Origin: Eledone cirrhosa
Lineage: Eukaryota
Assembly (NCBI GenBank): GCA_964016885.1
Contig: OZ024747.1
Location: 72,292,001 to 72,356,000, forward strand
Reading direction: 5' to 3'
Length of the DNA: 64,000 nucleotides
Below, piece by piece: positions 27,683 through 40,999 of the stretch. Each line of letters begins with the position of its first letter. Position 1 is the first letter of the stretch. Under the pieces are notes generated by a model. It was not told the origin of the DNA. It searched no databases and saw only the letters and a list, made by a program, of their open reading frames with translations. Position numbers and translations under genes: made by a program.

Positions 27683-28189
27683 ACACAGGGCTCACATTAA
27701 GGAAACATTAAAGACGGCACAGGACCGTACCGTGTGAGTTGGGGTATTTTTTTGTGTAAAATAAAATTTATGAAGGAGACTCTGAAAATAAACATTTAAA
27801 ACGAACATAACAACTTCCCCAAAGGTGAGGAGGCTCTATGGGTCACTCGTGTAGAAATCTCATAAAGGCCATGGTCACCCTGTCCACTAAGGCAAAGGGC
27901 CCTCTCCCAGTTTTTCTACTCCAATCTACAGGTGTATGCTCAAGTCAGGCCCGTTCACACGGACCATGCTCGCCACTCGCACCCACCTTTCAATAAACTT
28001 GTTGGAAGGCAGCACTTTCCTCTCCAACCTAATTTTGATCTTCACGTGAAACCAGCAACAATTCTAATAAAACATATACATGACAAAGGAATAAGAAAGA
28101 AAAAAAAAAGAATTAAGCCCACACATATTCACAAATACATACCGAAAATTGATCTCAAGGCTGCGTGGCTAAGGATTTGTAACTGGATG

Positions 28190-28320
28190 TGTTACTGGAT
28201 ACAACTGGTAAAATCACTGCCACAGAGATTGGCCAGCGGTACCAACTGCACCAGCCAGTCCACCTCCCCGGGGATCATTCCTCAACCGGGGGCTACTGTC
28301 TTTCCAATTTTACGAATGTC
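28190..28320 (-). mobile_element. Possible old CRE-like retrotransposon C-terminal relic
   Basis: Reverse complement reads IRKIGKTVA../NDPGEVDWLVQLVPLANLCGSDF, resembling RELEWLFQPVSLAVLPGNAF at 29804-30045. Confidence 0.3.
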
Positions 28321-28425
28321 TTGTGAAAATACATAATGCGTCATTCTATCTTCGAAGTGGACTGTCGACATTTGTGGTTATAATGAAGACAACGTAACCA
28401 TTCAGCGTTACATATTCTAATATAA

Positions 28426-29323
28426 TCTATATATATAAAACTGTGGTTGTCTGTCTGTCTATCGATTTTTGGCACACATCTCCTCTTAGAATCTCTGACG
28501 GAATTGCACCGAAATTGCTATACTTGTACATTGAGCCCTAGCGAAGACATCGGAAAAAAAATATTTCAAATTGACCCACCCTATGTGACGAAATCGAATA
28601 TAATGTATCGATTTTTGAGCGTAAGTTATCAGTTATTTCCCTTTGTTCTGTTTACATTGAGCGTCTTACGTAAAAAATTACGCTGGCTTTCTCAGCGTTT
28701 AAAATGACATTAACACAATACACGAACAGTTGTCGTCGAGCCAGCAAAATATTGACCTGCAAAATTCATCAGTTCGAACACTAAGCTTCCGTTTTGCTTC
28801 ATTTCCATTTAAAAGCATTTTAAAACAATATTTTTACTTGAAAACAAGTCTATTTAAAGACTACGTAAAACAAGCAAATATTTCGTCGTTAGGCGTGCAG
28901 ACAGACAGTCGTGCAGAGAGGTGATATACGCGTGCAGACAGATAGTCGTGCAGAGAGGTGATATAGGCGTGCAGACAGACAGTCGTGCAGAGAGGTGATA
29001 TAGGCGTGCAGACAGACATAACTGATAATTTGGTTACGCTAATGTTTTTCTCTGTGTTGCAGTGTTTACATTTTCGATCTTTGTTAATAAATAACCAGTG
29101 CAGTTTTTATCCCCAGCATCCTCTTTTGTTATAACATTCGGGTTATCGTTATGTTTTCTTAACTTCATAAGGCATATTGTTGGTTGAGGGAATATTAATC
29201 AAAAACACCACATGCAAGTCTGCACAGTAGACACTACAGTTTTTAAGCCAAAAAAGAAACTTAACATTGTAACTTTAACACAGCTACTGAGAGACCCCGA
29301 GCAACGCCGGGCTTTACTGCTAG
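28426..29323 (+). mobile_element. Non-autonomous Helitron-type element
   Basis: 5' a|TCTATATATATAAAA with (gtct)n; 3' hairpin cccgagcaacgccggg then CTAG|t; internal 37-bp tandem repeat x~3.5 at 28890-29018. Confidence 0.75.
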
Positions 29324-29803
29324 TACACAATAAACTCAACACATCATCACGCACGACTTATTGCAAGGTGTAATTTACATATATAATGAGTAGCTATTTT
29401 GAGTTAGCATGTAAGAACATTGGCAGACTTGAGTACAAAAAAATTAAACAGACAAATATATATTACAAGGTCCAAGGTCTGTTTCGACGAGTTACATTCA
29501 ATGTTTATCAAACGCCACTTGAGTGTTGCTAATCTTTCCAATCTTGGCGAGTTTTATTTAATTTTACGCTGTCATCATTGTATAAACCTTTGATTACCAT
29601 ATTTCTAATGAAAGTCATTGACTGTTTTGCCAAAGGTTTTGAAAATAATCAATAATTTGGAAGGATTTAGTAATATAACTAACGTTATGGAAGGATAAAA
29701 GTTGATTTGACGGGATTTGAACTCAGAATACATTCCTTCATGTCTAGTGTATAAAAGACTTAACGACAGCAACAGTTGACTGATAAAAGGACAAGTCAGT
29801 CAA

Positions 29804-30045
29804 TCATATTGGTGGCCTCCCCACAGCCTCGGCGGACAGAATGGAGAATGCGTTTCCTGGGAGGACGGCAAGTGAGACGGGCTGGAAAAGCCATTCTAAC
29901 TCGCGAGACTCACACCTGCGATTGGCCAGCTCAGCGCCTACGGTGTCGGAGAGCAACCAGTATTTGGAGAGTTTGGCTTCCTCAGCCCGACGTGCAGCAG
30001 AACCTGGGTTAGTCGCAGACTGCATCAGATTGCGGCTTATTGTTA
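29804..30045 (-). mobile_element. CRE-like (RLE-type) non-LTR retrotransposon 3' fragment, internally deleted
   Basis: SATNPGSAARRAEEAKLSKY..L..ESRELEWLFQPVSLAVLPGNAFSIL resembles the CRE-clade C-terminus (AE..K..KY; QR.SLA..RGNA). Confidence 0.7.
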
Positions 30046-30916
30046 GTAGCCTGGTATTTGGAGAATAAGTTAACAGAAGTTACTATTTGAAATCTTTACT
30101 GATATTTGTCTTAGATAAATATAACTACTCATAAATAAACAGTTTTGTACCAGTTGTAAAATAGAGTGAAGTGATTTGAAGAAACGTAATTTGAAAATCG
30201 GACGTACTATTAACCACTCTCTCTCTCTCTCTTTGAAAGTAGAATGGAATATTATTTCAACACTGGATATAAAGTTATCTAATATTTCTTGGAACATTGA
30301 GTGGAGTGAGTTAAAGAAATTTTATTGCAATACTGGAGTTTTATTATCAAGGATTTGAAGAAACATTTTCTCAAAACCGATGCTCGTGTAGAGAAGAGGT
30401 TTCCAAACTTTTGGGTCCATCTCACCCCACGTAGTATTCTCAGCACCCCAACCCTATTTCCAGAAATACCGGCCTACAGGCAAATTGTAAATAGTCTATA
30501 TATTAGTTTGAACAACGTCAGTATTCCGTGTGTCATAATTCTCGATTATCATTGGTTCATAGGTTTCAAACGCCTCCGCCCACCTCAACGGCGCCAAACT
30601 TAAATTAATACGCATAATGCCAATGAGGGAGTGAGAGGGGAGAGTAAGAAACCAGAGAGGCAAAGTGAACGCTGTAACTATTACCATGTGTGTGTGTGTA
30701 AGTACGTGTGCGTATGTTTATGTGTGTGTGCGTGCGTGCAGCGTTCCACAGAAAGTAAAATTATCAACATGTGTAAGTGTGTGTAAGTTTGCGTGCGTGT
30801 ACGTGGGGCGTTCTACAATCGCCACGCAGTTTATCTGTCTGTGTGCCTGTCTGTCAGTCTAACATACACAGAGCTGTGAAGGGAGTAAATAGGCCCTTTA
30901 CTTTACATTGACGGAC

Positions 30917-31572
30917 ATCTTTTATATTTATTATTGTGTCATTTTTTGACAATTGCTCGAAATGAATACTGATAATAAAAGCAATTCGACTTTATCAAAC
31001 AGTGAACTACAGCGGCGACGGCGTGCAGCCAGGAATGAAAAAAACGGGCCGAAGAGCCCCATCGGAACGCCGAACTTCAGAGGTGAAGACGTGCAGCTAT
31101 GAAAGAAGAGGAGCTGGCTCAACAACACCAACGAAACACTGGAGCCAAGCAGCGACGGCGTGCTGTGATGGTTGAAGACAAACTGGCTGAGCATCATCTT
31201 TTATATTAATTATCTATATCTATATCTACATATGATATAAACGATTGGAACTTCCATCATCCTTTTGAGAAACGTGGTACAACCAGGTCTATGCAATGAT
31301 ACACGTTTTACAGTCAGGCAGAAGATGAACCATCTCCTAGAGGTCACTATTCTAGGTGGGAGCACCTAGAATTGTTCATATAGTATGCACAAACGGTACA
31401 ACGAAGAATCTGGTATATCTGGAAGATTTTTTTTACTGTTTTTTTTTGTATCACACAGACACCACGGACTCGCCTCATACTTTAACCAGACAAACATCCA
31501 ATACTCATTTTCTCTTTTACCTGTCTTCTCTTATCATCTGTTTACCCGGGCGAAGCTGGGTACATTAGCTAA
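30917..31572 (+). mobile_element. Possible Helitron-derived fragment
   Basis: 3' hairpin cccgggcgaagctggg followed by ctaat; starts a|tcttttatat (also at ~31197); R/E-rich reading (ELQRRRRAARNE). Confidence 0.35.
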
Positions 31573-31611
31573 TATATAATAATTTAAATCATTAATTTAT
31601 ATAGAATAAAT

Positions 31612-31955
31612 AATTGTTTCTACTTTTGGCACAGGGCCAGCAATTACCCAGTGCATTACTGGTACTTTATTTTATCAACCCCGTAAGGATGAAAGGCAAA
31701 GTTAACCTCAGCGGGATTTGAACTCAGAATGGCAAGGGCTGTAACTCTATGCGTCAAAGCATGGCGTCCGACTCTCTACCGATACTGCCAATCCACCGCC
31801 CAGAGTTTCTACTTTTGGCAAAAGGACAGCGATTACTCCAGTGCATCACTGGTACTTTATTTTATCGACCTCATAAGGATGAAAGGCAAAGTTAACTTTG
31901 GCGGACTTGAACTCAGAACGCAAAGGGTCATAATCGTGCTAACGCTCTACCGATA
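31612..31955 (-). mobile_element. Two tandem Nin-type SINE copies
   Basis: Reverse-complement family matches at 31612-31800 and 31805-31955. Confidence 0.85.
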
Positions 31956-32723
31956 ATATTTGAAAATAAATATATATTTTTTATTTTACTATATTTATAT
32001 GTAATATTATCATTTGATATTTAATATACAAATGTATCATCTCTGCCACCGACTTAGGTCCAGCACCCGCTGGACCTTTACAACGCCCCCTGGGGGCGGG
32101 GTGGAGTGGGTATATTCTCTATCCCAGAGGTTTTCAAAGTGGGTACTACCCCCACTCCGAAAACCTCTGGGATAGAGAATATACCTTGATGTCTTAGGGG
32201 AGAACCCTGTAGTAATTTTCATCTGATGTTCACATTATATCCGGGAAAACTTTCAGCCATACGCCGATAAATTCTTCTATCAGAGAGGGACAGGAGGGTT
32301 GAGACATAGGAACTGCCAAGCATTTCTATGACACATTGAAATGCTGTGATCTACTCACTACTCACAGGTTAGTGAAGCACCACAAATATAGGCTGCAGCA
32401 GGGAAATATATAGATTTGATTGATTGCATTTAAAACTATATGTATGTAAAGGTTTTCACCTGCATGGAAAAATCTTGCAGCAAAAGACAGATCATATATA
32501 TACAAAATGTCTTAGTTTCACGCTTTATATGGAGAAGTGGAAAGAAAGTTCGACGTGTCGGGCTTAAGCCTTCTTCGGGAGCACAAAATAGAGACAGGAT
32601 TACAAAGGAAAAACAAATATAAAGAAGGTCGTTGTAAAGAAAAAAAACATCGAAAATTAAGAATCAAAACAAGACAAAACATTAGGTAGTCTTGATAACG
32701 AGTTGGATCGCAAAGTGAAGAGT

Positions 32724-32815
<92 letters not shown>

Positions 32816-32899
32816 TACACAGACACAGATACACAGTCAGACACAGACACATACAATGTTACCAATAATAATAATAAGGAAAATTAATGTAATTACTAT

Positions 32900-33558
32900 T
32901 AGGAGGTCGGATGCCATGCTTTGAAGCATAGAGTTACATCCCTTTACGGTCTGATTTCAAATCCCGTCGAGGTTAACTTTGTCTTTCATCCTTACGTGGT
33001 CAATAAAATAAAGTACCAGTCACGCACTGGCGTCGATTCAATCGACTTTTCCCTCCCCCAAAATTACAGGCCTTGTGCCTATAGGGTCTGACGCCATGAT
33101 TTCCAGCATAGAGTTACGTCCCTTGCCATTCTGAGTTAAAATCCCGCCGAGGATAACTTTGCCTTTCATCCTGACGGTGTCGATAAAATAAAATACCAGT
33201 GATACATGATACACTGGAATAATTGCTGGCCTTGTGCCAAAAGTAGAAACAAATATTATTATTTTACACCTGAAGTTTTCTCTTCATATTGTAATCTGTG
33301 TGATGAACAATGAAGGCGTTTACAGCCCGTGTCATCGAATCTGGGCAAGATAAATACTGGAAAATCTGCTTCAAATATAATTGTTTCTACTATAGGCACA
33401 AGGCCAGCAATTACACAGTGCATTACTGGTACTTTATTTTATCGACCCCGTAAGGATGAAAGGCAAAGTCAACCTCGGCGGGATTTGAACTCAGATCGTA
33501 AAGGGACGTAACTATGCTGGAAAGCATGGCGTCCAACCCTCTACCGATACTGCCAATC
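32900..33558. mobile_element. Cluster of three Nin-type SINE copies (+,+,-)
   Basis: 32900-33085, 33083-33255 and 33378-33558. Confidence 0.85.
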
Positions 33559-33593
33559 TGCTTCAAATATAATGTGGGGTGTACAAAGGAAGT

Positions 33594-36500
33594 TGTGTGT
33601 GGTTGTGAGGTGGTGGTGTGTGTGGTTGTGAGGTGGTGTGTGTGGTTATGAGGTGGTATTGTGTGTGGTTGGGAAGGGGATGTGTGTGTGATTGTGAAGC
33701 TGGTGTTGTGTGGTTGTGAGGTGGCGGTGTGTGTGTGTGGTTGGGAAGGGGATATGTGTGTGATTGTGAAGCTGGTGTTGTGTGGTTGTGAGGTGGCGGT
33801 GTGTGTGTGTGGTTATGAGGTGGTGGTGTGTGTGGATATGAAGGTGGTGTTATGTGTGTGGTTGTGAGGTCGTGGTGTGTGTGTTTGTGAGGTGGTGGCG
33901 TGTGTGTGTGGTTGTGAGGTGGTGATGTGTGTGGTTGTGAGGTGGTGTGTGTGTGGTTGTGAGGTGGTGGTGTGTGTGGTGGTGTGTGTGTGTGGTTGTG
34001 AGGTGGTGTGTGTGTGGTTGTGAGGTAGAGGCGTGTGTGGTTGTGAGGTGGTGGTGTGCGTGGTTGTGAGGTGGTGGTGTGTGTGGTTGTGAGGTGGTGG
34101 TGTGTGTGGTTGTGAGGTGGTGGTGTGTGTGGTTGTGAGGTGGTGGTGTGTGTGGTTGTGAGGAGCTGGTGGTGTGTGTGGTTGTGTGGTGGTGGTGTGT
34201 GTGGTTGTGAGGAGCTGGTGGTGTGTGTGGTTGTGAAGGTGGTGTTGTGTGTGGTTGTGAAGGTGGTGGCGTGTGTGTGTGGTTGTGAGGTGGTGGTGTG
34301 TGTGGTTGTGAGTTGGTGTGTGTGTGGTTGTGAGGTGGTGGTGTGTGTGGTGGTGGTGTGTGTGTGGTTGTGAGGTAGAGGCGTGTGTGGTTGTGAGGTG
34401 GTGGTGTGCGTGGTTGTGAGGTGGTGGTGTGTGTGATTGTGAAGCTGGTGTTGTGTGGTTGTGAGGTGGCGGTGTGTGTGTGTGGTTGTGAAGGTGGTTT
34501 TGGGTGTGGTTGTGAAGTGGTGGTGTGTGTGGTTGTTAGGTGGTATTGTGTGTGGTTGGGAAGGGGATGTGTGTGTGATTGTGAAGCTGGTGTGTGTGTG
34601 GTTGTGAGGAGGTGGTGGTGTGTGTGGTTGTGAGGTGGTGGTGTGTGTGGTTGTGAGGTGGTGTTGTGTGTGGTTGTGAGGTGGTGGTGTGTGTGTGTGG
34701 TTGTGAGGAGGTGGTGGTGTGCGTGGTTGTGAGGTGGTGTTGTGTGAGGTTGTGAGGTGGTATTGTGTGTGGTTGTGAGGTGGTGTTGTGTGAGGTTGTG
34801 AGGTGGTATTGTGTGAGGTTGTGAGGTGGTGTTGTGTGAGGTTGTGAGGTGGTATTGTGTGTGGTTGGGAAGGGGATGTGTGTGTGATTGTGAAGCTGGT
34901 GTTGTGTGGTTGTGAGGTGGCGGTGTGTGTGTGTGGTTGTGAAGGTGGTGTTATGTGTGTGGTTGTGAGGTGGTGGTGTGTGTGTTTGTGAGGTGGTGGC
35001 GCGTGTGTGTGGTTGTGAGGTGGTGGTGTGTGTGGTTGTGAGGTGGTGTGTGTGTGTGGTTGTGAGGTGGTGGTGTGTGTGGTTGTGAGGTGGTGGTGTG
35101 TGTGTGTGGTTGTGAGGTAGTGGTGTGTGTGGTTGTGAGGTGGTGGTGTGTGTAGTTGTGAGGTGGTGTTGTGTGTGGTTGGGAAGGGGATGTGTGTGGT
35201 TTTGAAGGTGGTATTGTGTGGTTGTGAAGGTTGTGTTGTGTGGTTGTGAGGTGCTGTTGTCTGTGGTTGTGAAGGTGGTGTTGTGTGGTTGTGAGGTGGT
35301 GTTATGTGTGGTTGTGAGGTGGTGGTGTGTGTGGTTGTGAAGGTGGTGTTGTGTGGTTGTGAGGTTGTGAGGTGGTGTTGTGTGGTTGTGAGGTGGTGTT
35401 ATGTGTGGTTGTGAAGGTGTTATGTGTGGTTGTGAGGTAGTGGTGTTGTGTGGTTGTGAGATGGTGGTGTGTGTGGTTGTGAACGTCGTGGTGTGTGTGG
35501 TTGTGATGGTGGTGTTTTGAAGGTGATGTTGTGAAGATGTGTGTGTGGTTGGGAAGAGGATGTGGGTGGTTATGAAGGTTTTGTTGTGTGGTTGGAAAGT
35601 CGGTGTTGTGTGTGGTTGTGAGGAAGTGGTGTGTGTCGTTGTGAGGAGGTGTTGTGCGTGTTTGTGAAGGTGGGCTTTTGAAGGTGATGTGAAATTGTGT
35701 GTGTGGTTGGGATGAGGATGTTGTGTGTAGTTTTGAAGGTGTTGTAGTATTGGTTATAGTGAAAATGGCAAGGGTGTTGCTTGTAGAGTTGCTGATGGTG
35801 ATGGTAGTGGTAGTGATGATGATAATGGTAGTGGGGTGGTGCTAATGGTGGTGCTAATGGTGGTAAAGGTGGCGGTGATGATGGTGTTGTTGATGGTGGT
35901 AATAGTGGTAATGGTGGTGTTGGTGCTGGTAATGGTGGTGGTGATAGTTGTAGTGATGGTAGTGGTGGTGCAGATGGTGGTGCCGTGACGGAGCTTATGG
36001 TGGTGCTAGTGCCCTTGATGCTGTTGGTGGTGGCGGTGATGGAACCGTGGCAGAGGTTGTGTTGAAGGTAGTGACGTTGCTGATGGTGATGCTAGTGTGA
36101 TGCTAGGCAGTGGTGGTGGTGGTGTTGTGGCAATGGTGGTGGTGTTGTTGTGGTGGTGGTGTAGTGGCAGTGGTGGTGGTGGTGTAGTGGCAGTGGTGTA
36201 GTGGTGGTGGTGTAGTGGCAGTGGTGGTGGTGGTGTAGTGGCAGTGGTGGTGGTGGTGTTGTGGTGGTGGTGTAGTGGCAGTGGTGGTGGTGGTGTAGTG
36301 GCAGTGGTGTAGTGGAGGTGGTGTAGTAGCTGTGGTGGTGGTGGTGTAGTGGTAGTGGTGTAGTAGCAGTGGTAGTGGTGGTGTAGTGGCAGTGGTGGTG
36401 GTGGTGTAGTGGTGTAGTGGTGGTGATGTAGTAGCAGTGGTGGTGGTGGTGGTGGTGTAGTGGCAGTGGTGGTGGTGGTGTAGTAGCAGTGGTGGTGGTG

Positions 36501-37085
36501 GTGGTGTAGTGGCAGTGGTGGTGTAGTGGCAGTAGTGGCAGCGGTGTGGTGGAGGTGTAGTGGCAATGGTGTAGTGCTGTAGTAACAGCGGTGTTGGTGG
36601 TGTAGTGGCAGTTCTGTAGTGGTGTAGTAGCAGTGGTGGTGTAGTGGTGTAGTAGCAGTGGTGGTGTAGTGGCAGTAGTGGTGGTGGTGTAGTGGTGTAG
36701 TAGCAGTGGTGGTGTAGTGGCAGTAGTGGTGGTGGTGTAGTGGCAGTTTTGTAGTGGTGTAGTAGCAGTGGTGGTGTAGTGGCAGTAGTGGTGGTGGTGT
36801 AGTGGTGTAGTAGCAGTGGTGGTGTAGTGGCAGTAGTGGTGGTGGTGTAGTGGTGTAGTAGCAGTGGTGGTGTAGTGGCAGTAGTGGTGGTGGTGTAGTG
36901 GCAGTTTTGTAGTGGTGTAGTAGTAGTGGTGGTGTAGTGGCAGTGCTATAGTGGTGGTGGTGGTGTAGATGTAGTGGTGTAGTGGGGGTGATGTAGTAGC
37001 AGTGGTGGTGGTGGTGTAGTGGCAGTGGTGGTGGTGGTGTAGTGGCAGTGGTAGTGTAGTAGCAGTGGTGGTAGTGGTGTAGTAG
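33594..37085. repeat. GT-rich satellite (gtgtgtggttgtgaggtggt-type) grading into (GTG/GTA)n tract
   Basis: Directly visible. Confidence 0.95.
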
Positions 37086-37442
37086 TGCTACTATAATTGA
37101 CGCTCAACTTCGACTAGCAACTGGATTAGTTGGTTAGCCTTAATGACGGCATCATCTATAGAATCTATAGAATTAATTGATTTCTTTTATAGTCTGAGAA
37201 TTGGTTTTTGGTGTGTGGAGGGGCGGGGTGGGGGTGGGGGGTAGGTGGTGAAAGGTAGAGGTGTTTAGGGGGAGTGGGAAAGAGGGTGTCGGGGAATAGT
37301 GGGTGGTTGGTGATGTAGGGCTGAGGTAAGAGGGGGTATAAGCAGTGTGTGGATGTCGGGGAAGCACTATTGTGAAATATTGTGGTTTGTTATCTTTGTT
37401 GAACAATAACACATTAAAGCTAAGTTTTTAGAAACATATACG

Positions 37443-37475
<33 letters not shown>

Positions 37476-37616
37476 TATATGTGTGTGTGTGTGGGTGTGT
37501 GTGTGTGTGTTTGTTTATGTGTGTTTCTGTGTGCATGTATATACACATACATATATATATATATGTATGTGTGTGTGTGTGTGTGTGACTTTGTGTGCAT
37601 ATATATTTATATATGA

Positions 37617-37691
<75 letters not shown>

Positions 37692-37798
37692 CATATATAT
37701 ATGTATATATATATATATATATATATTAATGTATATATGTAAGTATGTATGTATACATACATACATATATGCATACAGACGTACAGTAGCATGCATAC

Positions 37799-37875
<77 letters not shown>

Positions 37876-38046
37876 TATACATATATACATACAGGTACAC
37901 ATACATATATGCACGCATCAGTTTAGCGGACGTTTATTACAACGCCGCTTTGTTCGTTTGTTTGTCAACAAACCGAACAGCCTGAATTTATGCCATACGG
38001 TGTTAAGGCAACCACGTCACCTTTTTGTTCAACACTGACACAGGAA

Positions 38047-38087
38047 CGATGTACTAGTTTCAAGCTTGTTAGCTATCATCAGCACCG
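38047..38087 (-). ncRNA. Minimal hammerhead ribozyme (family M, copy 1)
   Basis: Reverse complement: cggtg-CTGATGA-t-agct-aaca-agct-t-GAAA-c-ta-g-TA-catcg. Confidence 0.8.
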
Positions 38088-38330
38088 TTTACCCATCTGC
38101 CAGATAGTTGAACGTTCGAAAGTATATACTTTCCTTATGAAAATTAACGGCTGAGCAGCCTAATTTGCATATTGAGTGAGTTAAATCGGTCAGGCATACC
38201 GAAAACGATAAGTTGAAAAAAATGAAAACGAAATTTCATTTCTCACTCTTAGTATGGCACTTACTTAAATGTAAGTATGTATGTATACGTACATACATAT
38301 ATGCATACAGACGTACAGTAGCATGCATAC

Positions 38331-38417
<87 letters not shown>

Positions 38418-38588
38418 TATACATATATACATACAGGTACACATACATATATGCACGCATCAGTTTAGCGGACGTTTATTACAACGCCGCTTTGTTCGTT
38501 TGTTTGTCAACAAAGCGAACAGCCTGAATTTATGCCATACGGTGTTAAGGCAACCACGTCACCTTTTTGTTCAACACTGACACAGGAA

Positions 38589-38629
38589 CGATGTACTAGT
38601 TTCAAGCTTGTTAGTTATCATCAGCACCG
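38589..38629 (-). ncRNA. Minimal hammerhead ribozyme (family M, copy 2)
   Basis: Same as copy 1 with one stem II substitution. Confidence 0.75.
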
Positions 38630-38823
38630 TTTACCCACCGTTTACCCACCGTTTACCCACCGTTTTTCAACTTAATGTATATATGTATGTGTAAGAAAGG
38701 CTAGTTCTATTCTGAGTTTTCACGTATATATTTTCTCCATTCACGTCATTGCGGCTTTCAATAAAAGGCTTTAAACCGGGACAGGTAGCTGGTATACGTC
38801 ATTGTACACACACACACAATATA

Positions 38824-39325
38824 TCTTCTTCTTCTTCTTCTTCTTCTTCTTCTTCTTCTTCTTCTTCTTCTTCTTCTTCTTCTTCTTCTTCTTCTTCTTC
38901 TTCTTCTTCTTCTTCTTCTTCTTCTTCTTCTTCTTCTTCTTCTTCTTCTTCTTCTTCTTCTTCTTCTTCTTCTTCTTCCTTTTCTTCCCCCCGTCAGACC
39001 TGTGCGAAATTCCTTCCTTTCTCACATTTCAACCAGATTTGATGGTCTTTTGTCTCTTGTTCACGATTTCACCGAGTTTATATTCATAGAGATCTGGGAC
39101 TTGTCTATTTCTTCTCACTTTCCGTTGCTTAAACCATTTTGTTCGTTACCCTAACGTCCCCTTTATTTACGTGTCCCAACGACTTTTTTTAGCCGTTGTT
39201 CGCACCAACCTGAGGCATATGGCCCTTAAAGCGATGAAATGCCTGGGACGGTTGGAGGGTCACTGATGAAGGACTCACTTTTTCATATGCACCACCATTT
39301 GCAACGGAGAGCCATCATTATTATC
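38824..39325. mobile_element. ~350-bp interspersed repeat with a (TTC/GAA)n end
   Basis: Near-identical inverted copy at ~50925-51321; (TTC)n at 38824-38978. Confidence 0.75.
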
Positions 39326-39330
39326 ATATT

Positions 39331-39369
<39 letters not shown>

Positions 39370-39373
<4 letters not shown>

Positions 39374-39495
39374 AAAAATTGAACGGGAACAAAACAGAGA
39401 GGCAGTACGAACAAAGGTTTATTAGTTTCACGCTCTTGAGAGTGGGGTGGTGGTGGGGAACGATGTTTCGGGCACAAGCCCTTCTTCAGGTGAAA
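39370..39495 (-). mobile_element. PLE pLTR with HHR core (family H)
   Basis: Reverse complement: CTGAAGA-a-gggc-ttgt-gccc-GAAA-catcg..aataaacc; stem I not clearly formed. Confidence 0.55.
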
Positions 39496-39988
39496 AGTGT
39501 GTGGGAAGAGAGTTCCAAGGGTGTGTAGAGGAGTGGTAGAGAGACATATAGAAAAAAGGGGGTGAGAGGAAACGCTACAAATGAAATTAAATATAAAAGC
39601 ATAATAAAAATAAAAATAAACATGAAGTAAAACAGGTGGTGGAAGGGTGTGGGGCGTGTAGGGGTGGTGGCAGGTGGAGTGGGGAGAGGGAGGCGGGGTG
39701 TCCGAGCGGGGAGGGCTGAAGGTGGTGTGTGTGTGTAGGTGTAAGCGTGTGTGTGTGTATGTGAAAGTAAGAGTTGGGGGTAGAATGGTAAGTGAAGAAA
39801 GTCGGTGTGTCAGTGTGTGCGGAGGTGCGGTGGACAGGGGAGAGGATGGGTAGGTGTGAAAGTTGGAGTGAAGAGAGGGGGGGGGGGTGTATTAGTAGAG
39901 GTGTTAGTGGGATGTGTGTGTGTGTGAGAAAGGGTCTGGGTGGAGCGGGGAGAGAAGGGTGTGGGGGCCGGTATATATATATATATAT

Positions 39989-40031
<43 letters not shown>

Positions 40032-40032
<1 letters not shown>

Positions 40033-40245
40033 CTGGGTTGCGTGTTGTGTTCTTGAGCAAAACACTTCATTTCAGGTTGCTCCAGTATACTCGGCTAAAA
40101 ATGAGTACCAGCAATGGCTGGGGGTTTAACCCTGCGATAGACTCGCGTCCTGTCCAGGGGGGGGGGTCTTGTACTCCCAGTCGCTTCACGCCATGAAACC
40201 GGGATAAGCACCGGCCAAATGAGTCTTCTGGCTTAAGGCAAACTT
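40032..40245 (+). mobile_element. CORE-like SINE fragment (second SINE family)
   Basis: gttgtgttcttgagcaaaacactt (CORE-like), aaatgagtaccag, cctgcgatagact..gaaaccgggataagc. Confidence 0.55.
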
Positions 40246-40284
40246 TAGACTTTAGACATATATATATATATATAGATACATATA

Positions 40285-40373
<89 letters not shown>

Positions 40374-40402
40374 GTGTGTATATATATACATATATATATA
40401 CA

Positions 40403-40712
40403 TATTGTTATACTTGGGGAGGGTCATATTTGTGTAATATTGCCAGAATTAATAACAGAACACACTCACTGTTTGGTTGGTCTTTCGCTTCTCGCTTCTG
40501 TGTCTTTTATATCTGCAATCTAACTTACTCTGTCCTCAATGTTGCCATTGACTGCCCGACGGTAAAAAATAATACAGATACAATATAGACACAAACACAT
40601 ATATATAGTTTATATGGCAATATTACACAAATATGACCCTCCCCAAGTATAACAATATTTGTTTCGACACACGATTTCATATAAAAAACCTCGCAAAACT
40701 AATTCATCGCCG

Positions 40713-40757
<45 letters not shown>

Positions 40758-40872
40758 AACAAGTAAGACCCCCGGGGTCTTACTTGTTCCTATTACCCAC
40801 TCTGCTACCCTAAGTATTGAGTACTTTGGTGCGTTATGGTCCACCTGGTTCCTTACCACATTTCCTTCGTTA
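40403..40872. mobile_element. Family C inverted pLTR unit (40403-40712) and family K unit (40752-40872)
   Basis: Homology to 2450-2535, 63034-63230 and 24200-24298. Confidence 0.7.
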
Positions 40873-40873
40873 T

Positions 40874-40999
<126 letters not shown>

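Larger units (their letters stand above)
37735..38660 (-). mobile_element. Partial tandem (~540-bp period) of an HHR-bearing unit (family M)
   Basis: ~37735-38097 repeated at ~38268-38638; third partial copy at ~41277-41517. Confidence 0.8.

Noticed and set aside
39230-39285. CTGATGA with upstream GAAA as a permuted hammerhead
   Set aside because: Could not form stems II and III by eye
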